A stretch of 64,000 nucleotides of DNA, from positions 7,723-71,722 of the forward strand of contig JAGXSG010000021.1 of NCBI GenBank assembly GCA_018333995.1. Direction: 5' to 3'. Shown here piece by piece: positions 47,239-56,731 of the stretch (positions within the stretch are counted from its first letter, which is position 1; each line of letters begins with the position of its first letter). Position numbers and translations under genes: made by a program. Under the pieces are notes generated by a model. The model did not search any database, was not told the DNA's origin, and saw nothing but the letters and a program-made list of their open reading frames with translations. This stretch comes from Clostridiales bacterium. Lineage in GTDB: Bacteria; Actinomycetota; Coriobacteriia; Anaerosomatales; SLCP01.

Positions 47239-48138
47239 TCATCGGCTGAACATGTCAGCGACCGCGGAGCGGAGCCGCTGGATAAGGCTGTAGAGGGGGT
47301 TGGCGGCGAGCATCTCGCCCTGGCCATGTATTAGCTCGGCGTACTCAAGATACCCCTCGTTGACATCGCCCAGATGACACGCGCCGCACGTCTGGGCGAG
47401 GCGGTCGGGGTGCACTCGCGAGCGTCGGTCGTCCGACGGATATATGTCGTGGTAGCCGTGGCAATCCCAGCACGCGGGGGCATCGAGCGCACCCCTGTGG
47501 TAGGCCCTGCCGTGGTAGTAATCGTTGTAGTTCTCCCAGTGCTCCTCATGACAGCGCCCGCAGACCTCCCACCCGTTGGCGTGCATACCGCTCTGTCCTG
47601 CGGGGTTGTCTGTGAGCGCGACGATGTCGTGCCCGCCGTGACAATCACCGCACAGCGGGACGATCGTCGTTTCAGCTGACGGCGTCACGCCGCCAGCGTC
47701 CACTTCTCCCCTGTGCACGCCTTGACCCAACGCGCGGTTCTGATCCTGGTGACAGTTCTTGCACGCCGAGCGGGACACTCGTTGCCAATCCTCACCGGAT
47801 TGGACGTGAGGCGCCGTAAACGCGAAGTCAAGGTGGCAGCCAGCGCACTGAACGGCAGCGTGGGGACCCGCCTCTAGCTGCGCGGGGTCCACGTAAAAGC
47901 TTCTAAGCCCATCCTCTTTCAGGCGGATGAGGTTCTCGTCGCCATGGCAGACCATGCACCCGGCTTTCGCAGCGGTCGGAAGGGTGAAGTCGACGTCGTA
48001 GCCGTTCACCGGCACCACGTGAGTCCGCGTCGCGTCGTCTTCGACAGCATGAGCGGACCCGTGAACCGCGACCATCGCGCACGCGAACGCCAAACTCGCA
48101 ATCGCAGTCGCCGCGTATGCGCGCGCACTGAGCTTCAT
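47239..48138 (-). CDS. Secreted heptahaem c-type cytochrome
   Basis: 7 CxxCH (CMVCH, CAGCH, CKNCH, CGDCH, CGRCH, CWDCH, CGACH); signal peptide; start overlaps the stop of the cytochrome b gene. Confidence 0.85.
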   Translation of the reverse strand: MKLSARAYAATAIASLAFACAMVAVHGSAHAVEDDATRTHVVPVNGYDVDFTLPTAAKAGCMVCHGDENLIRLKEDGLRSFYVDPAQLEAGPHAAVQCAGCHLDFAFTAPHVQSGEDWQRVSRSACKNCHQDQNRALGQGVHRGEVDAGGVTPSAETTIVPLCGDCHGGHDIVALTDNPAGQSGMHANGWEVCGRCHEEHWENYNDYYHGRAYHRGALDAPACWDCHGYHDIYPSDDRRSRVHPDRLAQTCGACHLGDVNEGYLEYAELIHGQGEMLAANPLYSLIQRLRSAVADMFSR

Positions 48139-48998
48139 TCACGCTCACCCATCGACGGCGCGAGTGCCCCGGTGCCGCTAGCGTGAGTGGACGTAGGCGG
48201 GTGATCGTGGCCGCCGTGGCTGTCGTGAGAGCTTGGGAGACCGAAGAAGCTCTGAAACGCCGGAAAGTCCTCGGTCATCGAAAGATACGCGTGGATCGTC
48301 GTCAATATGATGAACAGCCACGTGATGATGTAGTGCACCGTCCGAGCGTACCACCCCGCGAGATCAGTCGAGCCGAGAAGGGCGCCGAGCCACCAGCCGA
48401 GGAGAAGGTCGCGAGGACTCATGTCGATCAGCGGAAGTGGCGCCACGACGAGCGCAAAGCCGGTGAACGCTTGAACGATCAGGAGCGGCACAAACAAGGT
48501 GTACGTGCCCTTCTGCATGACGTTGTACTTGCCGAGATGCGGCTTGGAACTCTTCACAAAGATGTAGTAGAGGACGACTTTGGGCGCGGTCACGATGTCT
48601 TGCTTGGTGATCGCGAACTCCCTGTAGTCGCGTTGCTTCGCGAAGAACGCATACCACAAACGCCAGATCAGGTTGATCGTCACGATGATCATGAACACGT
48701 AGTGGATCCACCGCATGGCGGTACGGCCGCCGTCAAAAAACGGGAACCGGATGTAAAGACCGGTGAATCCAAGCGCGAACATCGAGAACACGTGCTGGAA
48801 ATGGAGGAACTTCGGGAGGAACGGAATCGGCGGGCCGTCGTGGTGCGGCCACTGCTTGTGGACAAACCTCTTCTTGATACGCCCGCTAAGGATATTGCCG
48901 AAGAAGTGGACCGTGAGCGCCACGACCATCACGACATACAATGCCGTGAATCCGACATCCAGCCAGACGTTCAGTTCTGTCAGTGCGATCTCTGACAC
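48135..48998 (-). CDS. Membrane dihaem cytochrome b (HydC/FdnI/PhsC, PF01292-like) - probable quinol/quinone-interacting subunit
   Basis: 287 aa, 4-5 TM with conserved His (VHFFGN, FLHFQHVF, RWIHYVF, TVHYIITW...TTIHAY); GTG start after GGGAG; His-rich C-terminal tail. Confidence 0.7.
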   Translation of the reverse strand: MSEIALTELNVWLDVGFTALYVVMVVALTVHFFGNILSGRIKKRFVHKQWPHHDGPPIPFLPKFLHFQHVFSMFALGFTGLYIRFPFFDGGRTAMRWIHYVFMIIVTINLIWRLWYAFFAKQRDYREFAITKQDIVTAPKVVLYYIFVKSSKPHLGKYNVMQKGTYTLFVPLLIVQAFTGFALVVAPLPLIDMSPRDLLLGWWLGALLGSTDLAGWYARTVHYIITWLFIILTTIHAYLSMTEDFPAFQSFFGLPSSHDSHGGHDHPPTSTHASGTGALAPSMGERE

Positions 48999-49097
48999 CC
49001 CCTACTCCCTATCGCCGCCACGCACGCTGAAACAATCGCGTTCGCAGCCCATCGGACAAGCCCCCGTGCCAGACGCGCTCGCACGCTCACGATCTGG

Positions 49098-49126
49098 AAG
49101 CCGGGTGTGTGCCGGACACCCGGCTT
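49098..49126. other. Perfect 11-bp GC-rich stem-loop (7-nt loop) in the intergenic region
   Basis: AAGCCGGGTGT-gtgccgg-ACACCCGGCTT; no adjacent U/T tract on either strand. Confidence 0.5.
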
Positions 49127-49133
49127 GAGGGGC

Positions 49134-49151
49134 TAGTAACAACGGTTACAT
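49134..49151. promoter_or_regulatory. Operator-like palindrome site 3: TAGTAACA-AC-GGTTACAT
   Basis: 15/18 identity to the tup-leader site, including the AC spacer; about 136 nt upstream of the cytochrome b start. Confidence 0.5.
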
Positions 49152-49202
49152 TTCAACACAGCGCCCCCGTAAGGGCAAGGTGACAACTCACCGCCGCGAC
49201 GC

Positions 49203-49451
49203 TCACAAATCCGCCACCTCTACGCTGCGCGCGACTTCGATTCCCGCGCGGTCCAGGTACTCGGCGGCACGCACCGCGTCAGCCACATCCAGCCTCAGCC
49301 CGATGCCACATAGCGCCCCGAAACCCTTGGGGGCGGGTACCGGGATAAGCGGCACTCCCAGGTCAAGTAACACACGCTCCGCGTCGAGCGCAGCATGTGT
49401 GGTGGTAAACCCAAAGATCACGAAGTGGTGTTGGCAACGTGCGGCCATCAC
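49203..49451 (-). CDS. DUF3343-like small protein (putative S/Se-handling accessory)
   Basis: 82 aa; FVIFGFTTTHAALDAERVL...LIPVPAP...CGIGLRL pattern typical of DUF3343; start overlaps the desulfurase stop. Confidence 0.6.
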   Translation of the reverse strand: MMAARCQHHFVIFGFTTTHAALDAERVLLDLGVPLIPVPAPKGFGALCGIGLRLDVADAVRAAEYLDRAGIEVARSVEVADL

Positions 49452-50662
49452 GCGACCGTCCCCGCGAGCACCTCGAGGACGCGATCAACTTGGGCTTGCG
49501 TGGTGTCCCACCCAATGCCAAACCGGACGGCCCCGCACGCAAGCGTACCCACGGTGTCGTGCGCCCATGGTGCGCAGTGAAGGCCCGCTCGCACCGCGAT
49601 ACCGTGCGCACGGTCAAGCTCGAAGGCTATCCTGTCTGCCTCGACCTCCGCATGCACCGCCGCAACGAGCGGCACACGGTCGACTTTGGGTGGAGGGCCC
49701 AAGACGCGAAACCCGCGAATACCCAGTATCCCCTCGTGGAGGCGCCGGGCAAGCGCCGCCTCGCGCTCGCGTTGCGCGCTGCCCTGAGCGGCGAGAAATC
49801 GCACCCCCGCACCTAGGCCTGCGATCCCCGGCATGTTCGCGGTTCCCGCCTCGTAACGGTCAGGAAGCTCCGGGGGCATCTCTAGTGACTCCGACGCGCC
49901 TGCGCCGGTACCGCCCTCGATCTGTTCGTCGAGGATGAGGCCGGGCCTAACGTAGAGAAGGCCAACCCCTTGCGGGCCGAGCAATCCCTTGTGACCGGAA
50001 GCTGCGTACGCATCAGCTCCCAGTTCACCCAGATCGACATCGAGGTGCCCGGCCCCTTGAGCGCCGTCGACGAGCAACAGCGCCCCCGCTTCGCGCGCGA
50101 TGTCGGCGAGGTCCTGAAGCGGCTGGATCGCACCGGTGACGTTGGAGGCGTGCTGACAGACGACCGCCCGGGTGGGAGCGGCGCGCACCTCGCGCTCGAT
50201 GTCTCCAGGGTCCACGAGGCCCGACGGGTCCGCTTGAACGACGACGACCTCAACACCCGCTCGTGAGGCGAGGCGAGCGAGCGGGCGAGCGATGGCGTTG
50301 TGCTCCATGGATCCGACAACAACGCGCTCCCCTTCCCTCAAGCTCCCCTTGAGCATGAGGTTGCATGCGGCCGTGCAGCTAGGCTGAAATACCAGGCGGG
50401 ACGGATCGGCCACGCCGAGGAGAGCGGCGCACTCGCGTCTCGCCTCGAACACGGCGCGAGACGCGGCGAGCGCCATCTGATATGCGCCGCGTCCCGGGTT
50501 GCCGCCGAGGTGCGTAAGCGCGTGGGTCACCGCTTCGATCACCGGTTGCGGCTTAGGCCACGACGTCGCGGCGTGATCCAGGTAGATCGCGGGCCGCGGA
50601 TCGATGCCCGGTGTGCGCGGGGTGGCGGGAGCGCGCCGCGCCGCGTGACCACGACGTGTCAC
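49448..50662 (-). CDS. Class-V aminotransferase: cysteine desulfurase / selenocysteine lyase family
   Basis: PLP-lysine context ASGHKGLLGPQGVGLL; catalytic Cys loop RAGLHCAPWAH; 404 aa. Confidence 0.8.
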   Translation of the reverse strand: MTRRGHAARRAPATPRTPGIDPRPAIYLDHAATSWPKPQPVIEAVTHALTHLGGNPGRGAYQMALAASRAVFEARRECAALLGVADPSRLVFQPSCTAACNLMLKGSLREGERVVVGSMEHNAIARPLARLASRAGVEVVVVQADPSGLVDPGDIEREVRAAPTRAVVCQHASNVTGAIQPLQDLADIAREAGALLLVDGAQGAGHLDVDLGELGADAYAASGHKGLLGPQGVGLLYVRPGLILDEQIEGGTGAGASESLEMPPELPDRYEAGTANMPGIAGLGAGVRFLAAQGSAQREREAALARRLHEGILGIRGFRVLGPPPKVDRVPLVAAVHAEVEADRIAFELDRAHGIAVRAGLHCAPWAHDTVGTLACGAVRFGIGWDTTQAQVDRVLEVLAGTVA

Positions 50663-51153
50663 GCGTGGCCCCCGCCCGCGATCATCTCGGCCGCGTGCTC
50701 AAGCTGGTCGGCGACGAAGCCAAACGTCTCGCGGGCTGCCTTCTCGCTTCCGGGCAGGTTGATCACGAGCGTGCGTCCCCGCAACGCCGCGGTCGCTCGA
50801 GAAAGCATCGCGCGGCGGGTGATGCGCATGCTCTCGGCGCGCATCGCCTCGACAATGCCGGGCGCGACCCGGTCGCACACATCAAGCGTCGCCTCGGGAG
50901 TGACATCGCGAAGGCTCAATCCGGTGCCTCCACAGGTGAACACGGTGTCCGCCGCAAGATCGTCAGCGTACTCGACGATCGTCTCGGCGATCCTCGACCG
51001 GTCATCGGGCACCACGCGGTGCGCTACTACCTCCCACCCGCGAGCTCGGCAGAGCTCCGCGAGCGCCGTTCCCGCCGAGTCTTCTGCGAGCGGGCGCGTG
51101 TCAGAACAGGTGAGGATCGCGATCCTGAGCGCTCGCTCACCCATCGGAGCCAT
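50659..51153 (-). CDS. moaB: MoaB/MogA-family molybdopterin adenylyltransferase-like protein
   Basis: IAILTCSDTR...TCGGTGLSLRDVTPEA...LPGSEKA; start uncertain (51153 or 51144; the ORF track gives 51213). Confidence 0.75.
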   Translation of the reverse strand: MAPMGERALRIAILTCSDTRPLAEDSAGTALAELCRARGWEVVAHRVVPDDRSRIAETIVEYADDLAADTVFTCGGTGLSLRDVTPEATLDVCDRVAPGIVEAMRAESMRITRRAMLSRATAALRGRTLVINLPGSEKAARETFGFVADQLEHAAEMIAGGGHA

Positions 51154-51673
51154 CCGCGAGTACGTCATCTGGCCTCGGGACGCGGTCACACGTGCCATCG
51201 CCGAGCTCCACAACCGTCACGGAATCATCGACGTTTACCTCACCGGGAGCGCGCACGATTGCGAAGATGCCTTCGCGGGGCATCACGCAATCGCCGGCCT
51301 GGTAGTAGATGGCGCACTTCGTGTGACACACCTTGCCGATCTGACTGATCTCGAGCACCGCATCGGCGCCTATCTTGAGCACAGTGCCAACCGGAAGCGC
51401 GAGCAAATCGACACCGGCGGTCGTGATGTTCTCGGCGAAATCGCCCGCGCCCACGTCGAGCCCCTTGGCTGCCATCGTGTCGATCGACTCCTGCGCGAGT
51501 AGCGAGACCTGGCGGTGCCACTCGCCGGCGTGCGCGTCATCGGCGAACCCGCGATCGAACACGAGCGTCCCGCTTCTTCCAGGAGTCTTGCGAACCGTCT
51601 TTTTCTCGGAGAGATTGACCGAGACTACCCGGCCAAAACCGGGTACGTTGTTGACACAACCGGAGCCGCTCAC
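51137..51673 (-). CDS. MOSC-domain protein (Moco sulfurase C-terminal-like)
   Basis: VSVNLSEKK...[13 protein letters not shown]...[11 protein letters not shown]...[11 protein letters not shown]; start overlaps the moaC stop. Confidence 0.75.
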   Translation of the reverse strand: MSGSGCVNNVPGFGRVVSVNLSEKKTVRKTPGRSGTLVFDRGFADDAHAGEWHRQVSLLAQESIDTMAAKGLDVGAGDFAENITTAGVDLLALPVGTVLKIGADAVLEISQIGKVCHTKCAIYYQAGDCVMPREGIFAIVRAPGEVNVDDSVTVVELGDGTCDRVPRPDDVLADGSDG

Positions 51674-52209
51674 ATCTCCTCCTCACGAACCCAGCGGCCA
51701 GAAGCGCCGCCTGACTTCTCCGCTAGCATGATCTCGCCGAGGACCATCCCGCGGTCGATTGCTTTGCACATGTCGTAGAGGGTAAGGCCCGCTACCGCAG
51801 CGGCGGTCAGCGCCTCCATCTCCACACCGGTGGGACCGGTGGTCTCACACGTGGCCGTGATCAACACACGAGCCCATCCGTCAGCCCCGGCTATCCCGTC
51901 ATCGGCAGCGGGCGCGATCTCGACGCTTGCGTGCGTGAGCGCGATTGGGTGACACATCGGGACGAGGTCTGCCGTGCGCTTGGCGGCCATGATACCGGCT
52001 ATGCGCGCGGTCGCCAGCACGTCGCCTTTGGGAGCGCGACCCTCGACGATCATCGACAGTGTGGACGGCCGCATCATCACCGTCGCGGACGCGACCGCTC
52101 GGCGGCGCGTGGCTGGCTTGCCTCCCACGTCAACCATCCGCGCCTCGCCTCGATCGTCGAGGTGGGTGAGACGGCCGTGAGCGTCGGTGATGGGACTCTC
52201 CTCTCGCAT
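51670..52209 (-). CDS. moaC: Cyclic pyranopterin monophosphate synthase MoaC
   Basis: [23 protein letters not shown]...[21 protein letters not shown]...[10 protein letters not shown]...YDMCKA; ATG at 52209. Confidence 0.9.
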   Translation of the reverse strand: MREESPITDAHGRLTHLDDRGEARMVDVGGKPATRRRAVASATVMMRPSTLSMIVEGRAPKGDVLATARIAGIMAAKRTADLVPMCHPIALTHASVEIAPAADDGIAGADGWARVLITATCETTGPTGVEMEALTAAAVAGLTLYDMCKAIDRGMVLGEIMLAEKSGGASGRWVREEEM

Positions 52210-52216
52210 TGGCTCG

Positions 52217-53236
52217 CTACCCTCCAATCTGTGACATGCCGCGCGCGGTACCCACGCGCATGCTGTGGCTCTCCGGTTTGGAGGCGAGTGCGGCGCGGAT
52301 CGTGGCAAGCACCTCCGCGTCGCTGCCCGCGCGCAACACCGGACGCACGTCTATCTCGGCGTCTGAGAACAGGCACGCGCGCAGCCTGCCGTCCGCAGTC
52401 AGGCGAAGCCGGTTGCACTCGCCGCAGAAGTGGTGCGTGAGCGGGGTGATGACGCCGATTGTTCCCTGCGCCCCGTCGAACCGGTAGTAGCGGGCCGGAC
52501 CCCATCCGCCTGGCGCGTCGTTTCCCGCAACAGCTGCCAAGCTGCCGAGACCCGCCTGCTCGCCTCCTGCCGCGACGCGCTTGAGGATCTCGCTCGCCGG
52601 GACGTGATCGCCGCGCGTCCAACCCTCTCCGCCCGGCTCACACTCACCCTCGGCGACGCCCCCGACCGGCATGTACTCGATGAAGCGGACGTGCACCGGG
52701 CGATCGAGGGTCATACGTGCGAAACCGGGCAGATCTTGGCCGAGCGAGCGGACAACGACCACATTGATCTTGACCGGTCCCATTCCCGCGGCAAAGGCGG
52801 CATCGATACCCGCGAGCGCGTCTTCTAGTCGGCCGCCCCGCGTGATGCGCGCGAACACCTCAGGGTCGAGTGAGTCAAGCGAGATGTTGACCCGGCTCAG
52901 GCCTGCATCGGCAAGTTGCTCAGCGTAGCGTGCGAGGAGCGTGCCGTTGGTCGTGAGCGCGATCGCTTCAAGGCCGGTAAGCGCGCGCAACCGACGCACG
53001 TGGCCAACCACGCCCTTGCGCACGAGCGGCTCGCCGCCGGTGAGACGGATCTTCGAGATACCCTCCCCCACCGCGAGGGCGCAGAAGCGCTCGATCTCCT
53101 CGAACGCAAGGATCTCACGAGGCTCCTTCCATGCCACACCCTCAGGGGGCATACAGTAGACGCAGCGCAGGTTGCACCGGTCAGTGAGCGAAACTCGCAG
53201 GTAATCGATGCGCCGCCCAAACGAATCGGTCGCCAT
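52217..53236 (-). CDS. moaA: GTP 3',8-cyclase MoaA (radical SAM)
   Basis: [20 protein letters not shown]-terminal [18 protein letters not shown]; ATG at 53236 overlaps the mobB TAA by 1 nt. Confidence 0.9.
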   Translation of the reverse strand: MATDSFGRRIDYLRVSLTDRCNLRCVYCMPPEGVAWKEPREILAFEEIERFCALAVGEGISKIRLTGGEPLVRKGVVGHVRRLRALTGLEAIALTTNGTLLARYAEQLADAGLSRVNISLDSLDPEVFARITRGGRLEDALAGIDAAFAAGMGPVKINVVVVRSLGQDLPGFARMTLDRPVHVRFIEYMPVGGVAEGECEPGGEGWTRGDHVPASEILKRVAAGGEQAGLGSLAAVAGNDAPGGWGPARYYRFDGAQGTIGVITPLTHHFCGECNRLRLTADGRLRACLFSDAEIDVRPVLRAGSDAEVLATIRAALASKPESHSMRVGTARGMSQIGG

Positions 53237-53814
53237 TAACGCTCTCCGTCCCCGCGGGCAATCCGATCGGCATGGCCGAGACACGCGTCCTCAATGAGGT
53301 CCGCGACACCGGCGATGTCATCGAGCGCAAAGACCGGTACACGGCCGAGGTCCAAGCCTTCAACATCGGTCGCCAGCGCGAAGAGCTCCTCCGGATCGCA
53401 GATCGGCACCGTCGAACGTTCGGTGCGAACCACCTCGATCAATCTCGGAGAGGTCGCCCTGAAGCCCTCGGTCAGGACAATGTCGACGTCGCCGGCCTCC
53501 TCGGCAAGTTCAACCAGGGTCCGCTCACGCTCGACACGGCGAAAAACAGCGTATCGGTCCGGCGCACTCACCATCGTCACGTACGCACCTGCGCTCCAGT
53601 GGCGCCACGAGTCTTTGCCCGGCGTATCGATGTCGGTCTCGTGAGCGTGATGCTTGACCGCCGCGACACGGTATCCCCGCGCGGTCAGCTCCGCGATGAG
53701 CCCCTCGAGCAACGTCGTGCGCCCCGAGTCGCCCCTTCCGACGACCGAGACGACCGGCACCGGAGGCATCCTGGGCGCGTTGGCCACGGTGCCGCTAGAA
53801 GCAGCCGAGGTCAC
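53236..53814 (-). CDS. mobB: Molybdopterin-guanine dinucleotide biosynthesis adapter MobB
   Basis: P-loop VVGRGDSGRTTLL, AAVKHHAH motif. Confidence 0.8.
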   Translation of the reverse strand: MTSAASSGTVANAPRMPPVPVVSVVGRGDSGRTTLLEGLIAELTARGYRVAAVKHHAHETDIDTPGKDSWRHWSAGAYVTMVSAPDRYAVFRRVERERTLVELAEEAGDVDIVLTEGFRATSPRLIEVVRTERSTVPICDPEELFALATDVEGLDLGRVPVFALDDIAGVADLIEDACLGHADRIARGDGER

Positions 53815-54013
53815 AGTTTTTGACCCTTATGCCAGCGAGGTCAGCCGCGGCGCCCGCGACTTTGTACGGCACACCGGTGTCCTCGGCGAGCTTGCGCAGC
53901 ACCGGACACGTGAGGGTGCCGTCACTCGACTTGTCCAAGACAGCGGCGGTCAACTCCGGCGTGACCTGTTCGGCGAAGCGGGGGTCGATCCGTTTGGGGG
54001 ACGAACCGCTCAT
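53795..54013 (-). CDS. Small conserved-looking protein of unknown function ending CDLGCF
   Basis: 72 aa, embedded between moeA and mobB with overlapping start and stop; Cys at TLTCP and CDLGCF. Confidence 0.45.
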   Translation of the reverse strand: MSGSSPKRIDPRFAEQVTPELTAAVLDKSSDGTLTCPVLRKLAEDTGVPYKVAGAAADLAGIRVKNCDLGCF

Positions 54014-55263
54014 ACGATACCTTCTTCCATGTCGAGTCTGATGAGCTCAACCACGCTGCCCGCGGCGAAGGACTCCTCTCCTTCCGGCAGCACCAATAGG
54101 CAGTTACCCTTGTGCGCCGCGGTCAGCAGCGCCGAGGACTGGCTCCCTGAGAGCGCAACCTCGCGTACGCCATCCACCGCCACCGAGACACGCGCGCGCA
54201 GGTAGTACCTGCGATCCTGCTTCTTCGTGACATCGTGGGCGAGCCGAGCCGTCTGTCGTGGGCGATCGAGAGCGCCGTAGCCCTGCATGTAGCGAAGCGC
54301 GGGCCGAACGAACAACTCGAATCCCACGTACGCCGATGTCGGGTTGCCCGGCAATCCGAAGAGGGGCACGCCACCTATCGATCCGAGCGTCTGAGGGTTG
54401 CCCGGTCGCATCGCCACCCTGCAAAACTCCATCTCGCCGAGCTCCTCGAGCACCGGCTTGACGTAGTCGAAATCGCCAACGCTCACGCCGCCGCTGGTGA
54501 CTATGAAGTCGGACTCCTCGGCCGCGCGCTGAAACGCTTCCCGTGTGGCGGCAGGATCGTCACGCACGATCGGGTAACGAAGAGGCACTCCGCCCGCCGA
54601 GAGAACCTGCGCGGCGATGGAGTAGCTGTTGGAGTTTCGGATCTTGCCCGGTCCGGGGAACTCGGCCACCTCCACGAGCTCATCGCCGGTAGAGAGCACG
54701 GCCACGCGAGGGCGGCGGTACACCGGAACAGTGGCGTGACCGGTCGAAGCGAGCAGGCCGACGCCAGCAGGGCCGATGACCTCACCAGCCGCAAGAACGA
54801 GATCCCCCGCTTTGCACTCTTCGCCACGACGGCGGATGTGCTCACCGGCAACCGGCGCACGCATGATGCGAACCGTACCGCCCGCCGAGCGGCCGGCATC
54901 GCCACCCTCGGTGTGCTCGACCATCACGACCGCGTCCGCACCCGGCGGGATGGGCGCGCCGGTCATGATTCGCGCCGCCTGACGCGAACCTACCGCGACG
55001 GTGGGGTGCTCACCGGCCGCGATGTGCGAGATGACATCGAGCGTGACCGGCTCTGAGGCCGAGGCGTTTGCGCAGTCGACCGCCCGGAGAGCGTAGCCAT
55101 CCATCGCGGAGTTGTCGAAAGGCGCGACATCGATGTCGGAGTACGCGTCTGTCACGAGCACCCGGCCGAGCGCGTCGAGCAAGCCGGTTTGCTCAGCCTC
55201 GAGCGGGCGGCATCGCGCGAGCACTCGTTTCAGTGCCTCCTCGACACTCATCGTTGTACTCAT
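54010..55263 (-). CDS. moeA: Molybdopterin molybdenum/tungsten transferase MoeA
   Basis: 417 aa; FDNSAMDGYA, TGAPIP, LSTGDELV, TSGGVSVGDFDY, GLPGNPTSA. Confidence 0.9.
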   Translation of the reverse strand: MSTTMSVEEALKRVLARCRPLEAEQTGLLDALGRVLVTDAYSDIDVAPFDNSAMDGYALRAVDCANASASEPVTLDVISHIAAGEHPTVAVGSRQAARIMTGAPIPPGADAVVMVEHTEGGDAGRSAGGTVRIMRAPVAGEHIRRRGEECKAGDLVLAAGEVIGPAGVGLLASTGHATVPVYRRPRVAVLSTGDELVEVAEFPGPGKIRNSNSYSIAAQVLSAGGVPLRYPIVRDDPAATREAFQRAAEESDFIVTSGGVSVGDFDYVKPVLEELGEMEFCRVAMRPGNPQTLGSIGGVPLFGLPGNPTSAYVGFELFVRPALRYMQGYGALDRPRQTARLAHDVTKKQDRRYYLRARVSVAVDGVREVALSGSQSSALLTAAHKGNCLLVLPEGEESFAAGSVVELIRLDMEEGIV

Positions 55264-56708
55264 CGGCGATCCTCTCCAGCGGTGTGTGGCGTGTCTGAGG
55301 TGAGTACCCGGTGCGGGTGCGTATAGACGGTTATCTTGCCTCCACGAGCGTACCCGGCGAGCGTGATACCGAGCTCGGCGGCTATCTCGGCGGCCAGATC
55401 GGTCACCGCCGTGCGCGAGACCACGATCGGAACGCGCGCCTTGGCGGCCTTTACCGCCATCTCGTAGGAGACGCGGCCTGTGGAAAGCAGGACCGCGTCA
55501 CTCACAGGAATTCGGTCGAGCCACGCACGTCCGAGCAGCTTGTCAAGCGCGTTGTGCCGCCCGACGTCCTCCCGGACGAGCAGGAGGACACCGTCTCGCG
55601 CGAGCCCGCACGCGTGTGTGCCCCCCGTGTCCCGGTAGGCGCTCGCCGCGCGCGCCATGTCGCCCATCAGGCTGTAGAGGACCGCGCTCTCAACGGCAAG
55701 GCCGCTCGTCACGCGTGCAAGCCCACGCGCGTGACCCACTGAGGAGAAGGTGACACCTTTGCCACATCCGCTCGTCACGTAGCGGGTCTTGTGGATCATA
55801 TCTTCAGGGACCTCTTCGGTAGTCCATACGTAGACGAGTCCCCGCTTGTGATCGACATCGACAGCTGATAGCGCGTCTCGATCGGCGAGAAGCCCTTCCG
55901 CAACCATGAATCCAACCGCCATCTCCTCAAGATCGACTGGAGTGGCCTGGACGGTAGCGACCTCGACTTCGTTCATGTGGAGCGTCACCGGACGCTCGGA
56001 AGGCATGCCCCGCGGACGGCGGGTTCCGACCTCGACCACCGAGACCTGCACGCGACCGGCGGGGACATCATCCCGGCGCGATTCTGCCGCACGAGCGGGG
56101 ACAGCCGGCTCACGCACCTCGGCAAGGTCCTCGGGCGTGTTCACATTGAAGAAGCTGGCAAGGTCCGGGTCGACCGTCCGCAGGGATTCCAGCGGCACCT
56201 CAACGACCTTGATCTGTCCAAAAACGGCGACGATGCGCCGACGGCCGCTCGCCAGGACGGCTCTTGCCGCCGGAAGCGCTGACCTGGCATAAAGCGCGAG
56301 CAGCGGCTCGGGGCCACGCTCGCCAATCGGCACGACAGCGTCCGCGTCGCCGCGCGCCTCCCACAGGGCGCGAATCACCGCTGGCGACAGGTGCGGCATA
56401 TCGGCGGCGACCGCGAGCACCCACTCGTCTTCGGCCGCAGCGAGCGCGGTCACAAGCCCACCAAGTGGTCCCTGGTACGGTACCTCGTCAGTGAGCACAC
56501 GTACGCCGTGAGGCAGTCCGGCGCCTGCCAGCGCCTCGGGCCGGTTAGTCACCACGACTGTGTGAGCGCAGACGTCGCCGACCACCTCGGCCACACGCGC
56601 AACGAGTGACTGCCCGTCCACTGGTAGCAGCGTCTTGTCCACACCCATGCGCATGGACCGTCCTCCAGCGAGAACCGCGGCGGTGATCGGTAACACACCG
56701 GGAGCCAT
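55260..56708 (-). CDS. Fusion of MobA (Moco guanylyltransferase) and FdhD (formate dehydrogenase sulfurtransferase/chaperone)
   Basis: N-terminal LAGGRSMRMGVDKTLL...; C-terminal half YVTSGCGKG...GRHNALDKL...VLLSTGRVSYEMAVKAAKARVPIVVSRTAVT (FdhD); 482 aa in one frame. Confidence 0.8.
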   Translation of the reverse strand: MAPGVLPITAAVLAGGRSMRMGVDKTLLPVDGQSLVARVAEVVGDVCAHTVVVTNRPEALAGAGLPHGVRVLTDEVPYQGPLGGLVTALAAAEDEWVLAVAADMPHLSPAVIRALWEARGDADAVVPIGERGPEPLLALYARSALPAARAVLASGRRRIVAVFGQIKVVEVPLESLRTVDPDLASFFNVNTPEDLAEVREPAVPARAAESRRDDVPAGRVQVSVVEVGTRRPRGMPSERPVTLHMNEVEVATVQATPVDLEEMAVGFMVAEGLLADRDALSAVDVDHKRGLVYVWTTEEVPEDMIHKTRYVTSGCGKGVTFSSVGHARGLARVTSGLAVESAVLYSLMGDMARAASAYRDTGGTHACGLARDGVLLLVREDVGRHNALDKLLGRAWLDRIPVSDAVLLSTGRVSYEMAVKAAKARVPIVVSRTAVTDLAAEIAAELGITLAGYARGGKITVYTHPHRVLTSDTPHTAGEDRR

Positions 56709-56731
56709 GCTCAGCTCACTTTCATCATGTC

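Noticed and set aside
49098-49126. 11-bp perfect hairpin as a rho-independent terminator of the cofactor operon
   Set aside because: No T/U run follows on either strand. It also lies downstream of operator-like site 3, so it may instead be part of the cytochrome-operon 5' UTR. I kept it only as a stem-loop feature.
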